Assembly: GCA_963738405.1 (NCBI GenBank) | Contig: CAVTWJ010000001.1 | Location: 96,001-160,000 of the forward strand | Reading direction: 5' to 3' | From: a candidate division FCPU426 bacterium | GTDB taxonomy: Bacteria > Oederibacteriota > Muellerivitia > Muellerivitales > Muellerivitaceae | DNA length: 64,000 nt | Shown here: positions 1 through 7,700 of the stretch, in pieces | Numbering within the stretch: the first letter of the stretch is position 1 | How the letters are laid out: each line of letters opens with the position of its first letter | Notes under the pieces: model-generated | What the model was told of the DNA's origin: nothing | Databases searched by the model: none | What the model saw: the letters and a program-made list of their open reading frames with translations, nothing else | Position numbers and translations under genes: made by a program

Positions 1-30
1 TACCTTGGGATTGGTTTTCGCCTTTGCCAT
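1..30 (-). CDS. 5' end of a gene running off the window, probably YdeI/OmpD-associated (DUF1801) family
   Basis: Minus strand AGGGGAGG RBS then ATG at 30: MAKAKTNPKV..., resembling the 'TNPKVD' start of YdeI-like proteins; only 10 codons visible. Confidence 0.45.
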   Translation of the reverse strand, partial: MAKAKTNPKV

Positions 31-203
31 AACCTGCCTCCCCTGTACTGCCACCAAGAATGATCGAATCCTTACCTTAATAGCTGAATGGGCCGTTGGA
101 AATAAAGGTGCTTTTAACACAAATAACCATTTATTTTTCAATATCTGATGGTTTTAACTGTGTGGGTGTTTGAAAAAAGGGATTCATTGGTAACAAGAGG
201 CGG

Positions 204-279
204 GATATGAAAAACATTTCTATTCGCAAGGCGGTAGAGGCGGATCTTGCCGCCATCAACGACATCTACAATTTCTACG
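204..279 (+). repeat. 76-bp direct repeat, left copy (partner 5782-5857)
   Basis: 72/76 identity with 5782-5857; all four differences are synonymous third positions. Confidence 0.9.
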
Positions 280-299
280 GCCTGAAATTTTTCTTTTAA
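207..299 (+). pseudogene. Truncated 5' duplicate of the GNAT acetyltransferase gene at 5785
   Basis: RBS AAGAGG; MKNISIRKAVEADLAAINDIYNFY identical to the first 24 aa of 5785..6279, then GLKFFF-stop. Confidence 0.8.
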
Positions 300-623
300 A
301 GCCTGAAACAGTACACGGCATGGATTGTTTTTTTCAAAAATATCGACGGTTTGGGATTTCCATTTCGTTTTGTACATCAGTAATTATCTAAAACAGCATT
401 AAAGCCCAATGAATCGGACTATGTTTGATTTGTATTTTGTACATATCTATATGACAAATATGGACTTATGATCTAAATCAAATTCGACTTGGTTCAATTC
501 GCTTAAGGGCGGCCCAAACGAATCCGAAAGGATTGTCCGTACGAACGCCCCAAACAAACCTCTTTTTAAAAAACAAAATCAATCCGGTAATCCCTCCAAA
601 GCCGTTAAGGTTTGGAGGCGAGC

Positions 624-1022
624 ATGAGTTTTACCTCACGAAATAACACCGACAACAGCCCGCCCATTCTTAAACCTTCCCATTTAACAACCGACGAAGA
701 AAATCTCGAAACCGGCGAAAGACTTTTCCGCGTTTTCGTGGAAAACGTCAAGGATTACGCCATTATCTTTCTGGACCCCCAGGGATTCGTGAGGACCTGG
801 AACGAAGGGGCCCGGAAATTCAAGGGCTACGAGAAATCTGAAATTATCGGCAAGCATTATTCCTGTTTTTACACGCCTGAGGACATCGCGGCCAACCACT
901 CGGCGGAATCGCTCAATTCCGCCTTTGAAAAGGGTTTTAAAGTGAAGGCGTTTTCCATAAAACGGCCTCATTTCCGTTTTAAGGGAAAGACCCGGGAGAT
1001 TCTTAATCGGAGGGATTCATGA
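624..1022 (+). pseudogene. Truncated PAS-domain protein (sensor fragment)
   Basis: LFRVFVENVKDYAIIFLDPQGFVRTWNEGARKFKGYEKSEIIGKHYSCFY is a typical PAS N-half; the PAC part (GWRxRKDG) is missing; GGAGG RBS before ATG 624. Confidence 0.6.
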
Positions 1023-3154
1023 GGGCTTCTGGGAAAAAAGTTTTTGGAAAATTCATTTGTAAAGCCTTGCTGACGTGCGTCCTTCTCAACCTTCCAATGA
1101 TATCCCGCGCGGATATGTCAAAGGAAACCGACGCCCAAACGCCCCAGGCTTCCGCCGGCGTTTCCACGCCCATGACCGATGAGACGCCTGTCGAAGCCGA
1201 ACCCACTAAAGATTTGACCCAATTAAGCCTGGAAAGCCTGGCCGGCCTGAACGTTCAGGTGGTATCGGCTTCCAAGAAGGCCGAATCGCTGCGGGATGCC
1301 ACCTCGGCCATTTTCGTCATCACCCAGGACGACATTCAACAAAGCGGCGCCCGGCATTTGGCGGACCTGTTTCGGATGGTGCCGGGCTTGCTGGTTTCCC
1401 GCGTGGACGCCAGCCAATGGACCGTGACGGCGCGGGGATTCAATTCGCTTTATAACGCCAATATGCTGGTTCTGATCGACGGCCGCAGCGTTTACCAGAC
1501 CACCTTTGGGGGCGTGAATTGGGATGAATGGGACATTCCCTTGGCGGATATCGACCGCATCGAGGTCATCCGCGGACCCGGCGGCACCTTGTGGGGGTCC
1601 AACGCCGTCAACGGCATCGTCAACATCATCACCAAGGATTCAAAAGCGACCCAGGGTTTTTACGCCGCCAGCCTGACCGGCAGCGACAACAATGACATGG
1701 CGTCCCTTCGTTGGGGCGGGAAGATGGGTGACGACCTTTTTTACCGGGTTTACGCCAAAACCGAGAACCAGGGGCCCTTTTCCGATCCGGAGGAACCCAC
1801 CGGCTCGGGGCAAGACCAGTGGACTTCCCAACAGGCGGGGTTCCGGGTGGATTGGCACGCGGAAAAGGACCTCCTCACCTTCCAGGGGGATTACCAGTTG
1901 ATCAATTCCTACCAGCCGGGAGTCGTTTTTAACGCCGCCACCTTGCAGTCCTACTCCTCGGATGACGATACGGTGGACAGGGACGCCCACTTGCTGGCGA
2001 ACTGGGTCCATACCTTTTCAGACGGCTCGGAGTTGGAATTGAAGTCCTATTACGACCAGATCGGCTTGTCCGTGCCCGACGGCCAGGATACCGTTTTGAA
2101 TACCCTCGACGTTGAATTTCAGCACCGGTTCCTTTTGAATGATTGGAACGAAGTCACCTGGGGCGGGGATTTCCGGAATGTTTCCGACGATTACAACACC
2201 CCTTACGCCAGTTATTATTTTCCCGAACAGGCCTCATTGAACACCTATGGCGGTTTCCTGCAGGACAAACTAACCCTCTCTTCCAACCTGCTTTACCTGA
2301 CGGCGGGGACCAAGGTGGAAAACAATCCCTATACCGGATCGGAATGGGAACCTTCGGGCCGGCTGCTCTTCACGCCCGATGCCAACAACAGTATTTGGGC
2401 GGCGGTCTCGCGAACCGTGGGGGTTCCCAGCCGCGCGGAGGAAAGCGTGGCTTTCTTCCAGCAGGGTTTTACGGCGCCGGGGCCGACCACCTTTTACGTG
2501 GCCCTGGCCGGAAACCCCAACCTGACGGCGGAGGATGTGCTGACCTACGAATTAGGCTATCGGACCAATCTGGCCCCCAAGGTCTCGCTTGATCTGGCGG
2601 CTTTTTACGACCGTTATGAGGGCATCATCACCGCCGGTTTCACCCAATTCAGCTTTCCCAATTATCCTCCCACGCCCATCGGGGGTTACTACGCCGCTGA
2701 ATTGCAGTCCTTTAACGCCGATGGCGGGGCGGTTTATGGGGCGGAACTCAGCTTGAAATGCCGGATCACGGACCAGCTCAACAGCGCCTGGGCCTACACC
2801 TATAACGGGTATGACGCGGCTTTCAATTCGGTTTCCAATATCTACATCGGGAACCCGCCGCCCCATCACATCGCGGATGGCCGCTTAAGCTGGGATGCCC
2901 TCCCGGGATTCCAGATCAACACCAGCCTCTATTGGGTGGACGCGACTTTTATCAATGACCCCACGGGACAATTTAACGGGGTTGTGGCCGCCTATTCCAT
3001 TTGGGACCTGGGAGCGACCTGGAAAGCCTCCTCCGAATGTGAAATCTCGGTTTGGGGACAGGATTTAGAAGGAACCCATACGGAAGCCTCCTCCTTCCTG
3101 GGCGGTTCCAGGCCCTCCCCCTCCGTCTATGGCCAAATGACCGTTCGTTATTAG
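1019..3154 (+). CDS. TonB-dependent receptor (plug + beta-barrel)
   Basis: Signal peptide; DLTQLSLESL; plug motifs LVLIDGRSVY and IDRIEVIRGPGGTLWGSNAVNGIVNIITK; C-terminal aromatic residue. Confidence 0.93.
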   Translation: MRASGKKVFGKFICKALLTCVLLNLPMISRADMSKETDAQTPQASAGVSTPMTDETPVEAEPTKDLTQLSLESLAGLNVQVVSASKKAESLRDATSAIFVITQDDIQQSGARHLADLFRMVPGLLVSRVDASQWTVTARGFNSLYNANMLVLIDGRSVYQTTFGGVNWDEWDIPLADIDRIEVIRGPGGTLWGSNAVNGIVNIITKDSKATQGFYAASLTGSDNNDMASLRWGGKMGDDLFYRVYAKTENQGPFSDPEEPTGSGQDQWTSQQAGFRVDWHAEKDLLTFQGDYQLINSYQPGVVFNAATLQSYSSDDDTVDRDAHLLANWVHTFSDGSELELKSYYDQIGLSVPDGQDTVLNTLDVEFQHRFLLNDWNEVTWGGDFRNVSDDYNTPYASYYFPEQASLNTYGGFLQDKLTLSSNLLYLTAGTKVENNPYTGSEWEPSGRLLFTPDANNSIWAAVSRTVGVPSRAEESVAFFQQGFTAPGPTTFYVALAGNPNLTAEDVLTYELGYRTNLAPKVSLDLAAFYDRYEGIITAGFTQFSFPNYPPTPIGGYYAAELQSFNADGGAVYGAELSLKCRITDQLNSAWAYTYNGYDAAFNSVSNIYIGNPPPHHIADGRLSWDALPGFQINTSLYWVDATFINDPTGQFNGVVAAYSIWDLGATWKASSECEISVWGQDLEGTHTEASSFLGGSRPSPSVYGQMTVRY

Positions 3155-3167
3155 AAAGAAGGGGAAT

Positions 3168-3713
3168 ACGAAAAACGCTAAAAATTATATTCTCGCTTTC
3201 CTTTTAACCGCGGGGATGCCGGTTTTGGGGCAGATTTCCGAATATGGGGTTAAGGCCGCTTACCTGTTCAATTTCGCCAAGTTTGTGGAATGGCCCGCCG
3301 GCGCTTTTGAAAATGAGGCCTCGCCGATTTTGATCGGAGTCCTGGGGGAAGACCCCTTCGGCGGGGAATTGGACAAGGCGGTGGAGGGAAAAAACGTAGC
3401 CGGGCGCTCCCTTCGGATCAAGCGTTTCGGCGATTTCGATGAAAACCAGGCTCCCCAATTGCGCAAGTGCCAAATTCTCTTTATCGCTTATTCCGAGGAG
3501 GGCAACCTGCCGGCCATTTTGAGGGCCCTCAACGGGGCCAGCGTGTTGACGGTTTCGGAAATCGAGGGATTTCCCCAGAAAGGCGGAATCATTCTCTTCG
3601 ACTTGGAAGGGGACCGGGTCACCCTCGGCATTAACCCCACTACCGCCCGAAGGGGAAATTTAATCCTCAACTCGAAACTGCTTCATGTGGCGAAAATTTA
3701 CGGCTCGGAGTAA
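3168..3713 (+). CDS. YfiR family (DUF4154) periplasmic protein
   Basis: SEYGVKAAYLFNFAKFVEWP, IGVLGEDPFG, SKLLHVAKI; first ATG at 3216, but the signal peptide extends upstream to an in-frame ACG at 3168. Confidence 0.88.
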   Translation, partial: TKNAKNYILAFLLTAGMPVLGQISEYGVKAAYLFNFAKFVEWPAGAFENEASPILIGVLGEDPFGGELDKAVEGKNVAGRSLRIKRFGDFDENQAPQLRKCQILFIAYSEEGNLPAILRALNGASVLTVSEIEGFPQKGGIILFDLEGDRVTLGINPTTARRGNLILNSKLLHVAKIYGSE

Positions 3714-3716
3714 TTC

Positions 3717-5120
3717 ATGTTGATCGTCAATTTCAAGAACATGCCGTTAAGAAAAAAAATATTAACCATCACCGTTATTTCGACCTCCGTTTCGCTGTTG
3801 ATGGCGTGCCTGTGTTTCTTTTCGTACGAAAGGATGACCTATCCTGAAACCCGGCTCCAAAGCCTTTCCGCTTGGGTTCAAATTCTCGGGGACAACAGCA
3901 CGGCGGCCTTGACGTTCAACGATAAAAAAACGGCGGATGAAATGTTGAAAACGTTGAAATCCAACCCCCATATCCTCCGGGCGTGCCTGTACGACGCCAA
4001 GGGGAAGGTTTTCGCCGAGTATGAAAAAGGCAACGTTTCGCCTTTTCCCGCCGCCGCCGGATACGCGCAAGCGGTCTACGCCGGGGGAACCCTCCGGGTT
4101 TTCCGGGATATTCTTTCAGGCGGGGACCGGGTGGGTTCCATCTACCTTGAACAGGATACCGAAGAGTTGAAATCCCGCCTGGCCACCTACGCGCTCATGG
4201 CCCTTATCATCGGCTTTCTGTCCTTCTTCGTTTCATTGACGGTCGCTTCCAGGCTCCAGCGCTATGTCACCCGGCCGCTTCAAAATATCGTGGAACGGAT
4301 GAAGGATATTTCCCGCGGCGAGGGAGACCTGACCAAACGCCTGGAGGCTTCCGGCAAGGATGAAATCGGCGATGTGGCGGAAGCCTTCAACGCTTTCGTC
4401 GGCAAATTGCAAACCGTGGCCGAGATGAAATTGGACCTGATCTCGGTGGTTTCCCACCAATTGAAGACCCCGGTGGCGGAAATCAACGGTTTTATCGAGA
4501 ACATGATGGAAGGCTTGGCCGGCGACTTAACCCTAAAACAAAAACAATACCTGGATGAAATGAGGCTGATCGGCCGGGAAAACTACCGGCTGATCGGCGA
4601 CCTTTTGAGCGTCAGCAAGATCGAAAGGGGCGTGGTTTCGGTGGCCCTGAAGAGCGTTTGGGCGAGGGAAGCGGTGACCCTGGCGGTCCGGGATTACGAC
4701 CAAACCATGCAGCAAAAGGGGTTAACCCTCCTACTGGAAGGAATGGATTTAAATGTCCATCTTTACGCCGACCGCGAAAAAGTGGTGGAAGCCCTGCGCA
4801 ACGTGTTGAACAACGCCATCAAATGCACGGACAAGGGTACGATCACCCTCCGAATCGGCAGCGAAGGGGACATGGGCGTGATTGAAGTCAAAGATACCGG
4901 CATCGGGATGGATGAGGCGACCCTGGGCCGCTTGTTCACCCAGAACCGGGTTTTGGGCAAGGAAGCCCACCGTTCCGGGGCGGGGCTGGGCCTTTATATC
5001 TCAAAGCATTTCATGAAGCTTCAAAAGGGCGACATCACGGTGACTTCGGAAGTGGGAAAGGGAAGCTGTTTCAAGCTGATGGTTCCCAAATTCAAGGAAT
5101 GGGAGGGGCCCGACGCATGA
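3717..5120 (+). CDS. Membrane sensor histidine kinase (YfiN-like periplasmic sensor, HAMP, HisKA, HATPase)
   Basis: Two TM segments, NSTAALTFND sensor motif, HAMP (GDLTKRL..DEIG), H-box SHQLKTP, N-box NVLNNAIK, DTGIGM, GAGLGL. Confidence 0.92.
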   Translation: MLIVNFKNMPLRKKILTITVISTSVSLLMACLCFFSYERMTYPETRLQSLSAWVQILGDNSTAALTFNDKKTADEMLKTLKSNPHILRACLYDAKGKVFAEYEKGNVSPFPAAAGYAQAVYAGGTLRVFRDILSGGDRVGSIYLEQDTEELKSRLATYALMALIIGFLSFFVSLTVASRLQRYVTRPLQNIVERMKDISRGEGDLTKRLEASGKDEIGDVAEAFNAFVGKLQTVAEMKLDLISVVSHQLKTPVAEINGFIENMMEGLAGDLTLKQKQYLDEMRLIGRENYRLIGDLLSVSKIERGVVSVALKSVWAREAVTLAVRDYDQTMQQKGLTLLLEGMDLNVHLYADREKVVEALRNVLNNAIKCTDKGTITLRIGSEGDMGVIEVKDTGIGMDEATLGRLFTQNRVLGKEAHRSGAGLGLYISKHFMKLQKGDITVTSEVGKGSCFKLMVPKFKEWEGPDA

Positions 5121-5704
5121 ATTCCAAGGGAACGATTTTAATCGTGGAAGACCAAGCGGGATTCCGCATGATTTACGAGGACCTTCTGGCCCATGAGGGG
5201 TACGCGGTCATCACCGCCGGGGACGGGGAACTGGGATGGGAAATGGTGAAAGAAAAAAAACCAAACCTGGTTTTGCTCGATTTGGGGCTTCCCAAGATGG
5301 ATGGGTTCGAGGTGCTCCGCCGGATGAGGGCCGACGCCGAAACGAAAGCCATACCGGTGATTATTTTTTCAGTGATGGGGGAGCCCAACGACATCAAAAA
5401 AGCCATGGAGCTGGGGGCCAACGACTACACCATTAAGGGTTTCTACACTCCCATGCAGATCCTCAGCAAGATCAAAAGCCAGCTCATCCAGATTGAACCC
5501 GTGCGAACGGTCTCGTCCTACAAAATAGGGATGAAAACGGGGAAGGATTCCGCCAAGTTACTGGCGGAAATGGGGCTCCAGGGGTGCCAGTGCCCCGATT
5601 GCGAGGTTGAAATGGAGCTGGAGTTGTTTCCGGATCATGTCCGCGCGGGAACCCACTGGTTCCACACTCGGTTGATTTGTCCACAGTGCGGGAAGCCGGT
5701 TTAG
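5117..5704 (+). CDS. Response regulator: receiver plus C-terminal Cys-rich (zinc-ribbon-like) domain
   Basis: ILIVED, LLDLGLPKMDG, GANDYTIK; tail CQCPDC...CPQC; ATG 5117 overlaps the kinase stop (ATGA). Confidence 0.88.
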   Translation: MNSKGTILIVEDQAGFRMIYEDLLAHEGYAVITAGDGELGWEMVKEKKPNLVLLDLGLPKMDGFEVLRRMRADAETKAIPVIIFSVMGEPNDIKKAMELGANDYTIKGFYTPMQILSKIKSQLIQIEPVRTVSSYKIGMKTGKDSAKLLAEMGLQGCQCPDCEVEMELELFPDHVRAGTHWFHTRLICPQCGKPV

Positions 5705-5781
5705 GAAATAAAACCGGGCCGTGGTAACCTGGCCTGAAATTTATATATTCTTCAGGATGGTCCCATAAGGTCATGGGGTTC

Positions 5782-5857
5782 GATATGAAAAACATTTCGA
5801 TTCGCAAAGCGGTAGAGGCGGACCTTGCCGCTATCAACGACATCTACAATTTCTACG
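5782..5857 (+). repeat. 76-bp direct repeat, right copy (partner 204-279)
   Basis: 72/76 identity with 204-279; forms the 5' end of the intact GNAT gene. Confidence 0.9.
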
Positions 5858-6279
5858 TCATCAACTCCACCTGCACCTTTCAAACCGAACCTTCCACAGC
5901 CCTTGAACGCGTCATGTGGTTTAAGGAGCATCCGGACCCCTATTTCATCACCGTGGCCGAGGTGGAGGGCAAGGTGATCGGCTGGGCTTCGGTTTCCAGG
6001 TACCATCCCCGGGCCGGCTATGCCCAGACGGTCGAAAATTCGGTTTATGTCCACCACGAATGGCTTCATCAGGGAATCGGCCAAATTTTATTGGAAGACA
6101 TGATGCAGCACGCGAGGGCGTTGGGGTTTCACACGATCATTGCCGCCATATCGGACGACCAAACTGCCAGCAAAAAGATTCACGAAAAATTCGGCTTCAC
6201 TTCTTGCGGAAAAATAAACGAGGTCGGGTATAAATTTGGCCGTTGGTTGGATGTGGCCTATCTGCAATTGATGCTTTGA
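5785..6279 (+). CDS. GNAT N-acetyltransferase, YncA/MnaT (phosphinothricin acetyltransferase) family
   Basis: AINDIYNFYV..STCTF, YAQTVENSVYV, QGIG, EVGYKFGRWLDV. Confidence 0.9.
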   Translation: MKNISIRKAVEADLAAINDIYNFYVINSTCTFQTEPSTALERVMWFKEHPDPYFITVAEVEGKVIGWASVSRYHPRAGYAQTVENSVYVHHEWLHQGIGQILLEDMMQHARALGFHTIIAAISDDQTASKKIHEKFGFTSCGKINEVGYKFGRWLDVAYLQLML

Positions 6280-6289
6280 ATCGAGGTTC

Positions 6290-6991
6290 TCACCAAACCC
6301 CTAGAACCAGCCGATACCTCACTTTTTTTCGATAGGCCGTATAGCCCTTTAATCCCTTCATCAGGGCCTTTTCCTCACCCAGAATGCGCAGGCAAAACAA
6401 CAGGGTCAAAAAAACGCCCATCATCAAACCGGCCTTGGAATTCAACAGCAGGGGAACGCAGACAAACAACAAGATGCCGCCCAGGTACATGGGGTGGCGG
6501 ATCATGCCGTAAACCCCGGTAGTGACGACCTTTTGCTTGCGCTCTTTTTGAATGCGGATCAAGGGCGAAACGAAACTGTTGTCCGTATAGGAACGGTACG
6601 AAAAAAAGGCGGAAGGAATCAGCCCCAGCGCCCCCAGCCACTCCACCCAAAGGGGAAAGGGCTCAAACCAGTGAAACCTTTTCGCGTCTAAGGGAATGAT
6701 CACGCACCAGGCGATGAATAGGATCATCACGATGGGAACCATCACCTTGTCCCAGCCTTCCTGGTCGCCGGTGTTGGGGTTGCGCAGTCTTTCCCTTAGC
6801 AGACCGGGGTCGTGGAGTACCAGGTAGCGGATGGCGATAAAGGAAAGCCCGAAGTACCAAAGGGTGAAAACCCAAGCCTCGGGCCAAAGCCAGTCTCCCG
6901 AACAACCCAGGATGAGCCCGGGAAAAAGAAGAAGACTGAAAGTCATGTAGAGGATCTGGCCTAAGGTCAGAACCGGTTTGGTTTTTTTCAC
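6290..6991 (-). CDS. Isoprenylcysteine carboxyl methyltransferase (ICMT/PEMT) family membrane protein
   Basis: VVTTGVYGMIRHPMYLG, RILGEEKAL, GY..Y..KVRYRL; GTG at 6991 after AAGGAG. Confidence 0.85.
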   Translation of the reverse strand: MKKTKPVLTLGQILYMTFSLLLFPGLILGCSGDWLWPEAWVFTLWYFGLSFIAIRYLVLHDPGLLRERLRNPNTGDQEGWDKVMVPIVMILFIAWCVIIPLDAKRFHWFEPFPLWVEWLGALGLIPSAFFSYRSYTDNSFVSPLIRIQKERKQKVVTTGVYGMIRHPMYLGGILLFVCVPLLLNSKAGLMMGVFLTLLFCLRILGEEKALMKGLKGYTAYRKKVRYRLVLGVW

Positions 6992-7080
6992 TGTTGCTCC
7001 TTTGGCGGGGTTGCGGATAATCCAGGCCATTATGGACCTTAAACTATGGAACTCGAGATAATGAGGTTAAAATAAACCCG

Positions 7081-7545
7081 ATGGAAATCACTATTTCTTC
7101 CAAACTTTCCCCGGATGAAGTTCTCAAAAAGATAAAGATGAGGGTTGATCCCCGGGGGCTTTTTTTTGGTTCAATGTTTGGTTCCCTGCCTTTTGTGGGA
7201 AGTTTTAAAGGAAATCACTTCAAGATTCGCAAGAGAATCTTTTATAACAATTCCTTTAGTCCGATTTTTTACGGGGAAGTCGTTTCGAGTCCAAATGGTT
7301 CCGAAATAAAAGGTCGTTTTCATATTTATCTACCCGTCCGGATTTTCATGGGAATTTGGTTTGGCGTAATAGGATTTGGATCCATTTCGATGTGGTTGAA
7401 TAACTCAGGGCATGTAAAAAATATAAATGATGTATGGCCACCTTTCGCAATGGTTGCTTTGGGTTACGCTTTTATGAAATTCGGCCAGTGGCTCGGTAGA
7501 GGTCATTACGCCGCCATCCAAGAATACTTGCGGGCTTGCGTATAA
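7081..7545 (+). CDS. Hypothetical membrane protein
   Basis: 154-aa ORF with two C-terminal TM segments; TAAAAT 7 nt upstream of ATG. Confidence 0.7.
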   Translation: MEITISSKLSPDEVLKKIKMRVDPRGLFFGSMFGSLPFVGSFKGNHFKIRKRIFYNNSFSPIFYGEVVSSPNGSEIKGRFHIYLPVRIFMGIWFGVIGFGSISMWLNNSGHVKNINDVWPPFAMVALGYAFMKFGQWLGRGHYAAIQEYLRACV

Positions 7546-7700
7546 ATTTAAAAAAACTGTTGTCTTTTTGTCCGATTGAAATGTTAAACCTGCGGCCGGC
7601 CTCCAAAAAAATATTTCCGGTTCATTTTCCGTTTTTATTATTTTCTTCTCTGGTATTAACCTACCCCCATCAGTATCAAATTTTATGATGGAGGTGCCCC

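Noticed and set aside
138..377. 79-aa minus-strand ORF similar to 5752..6084
   Set aside because: Similarity is simply the antisense of the duplicated GNAT 5' end
507..550. c-di-GMP-I riboswitch (AATCC-GAAA-GGATT hairpin)
   Set aside because: GAAA-capped stem present, but the GGCAAA and GACGCAAA conserved segments are missing
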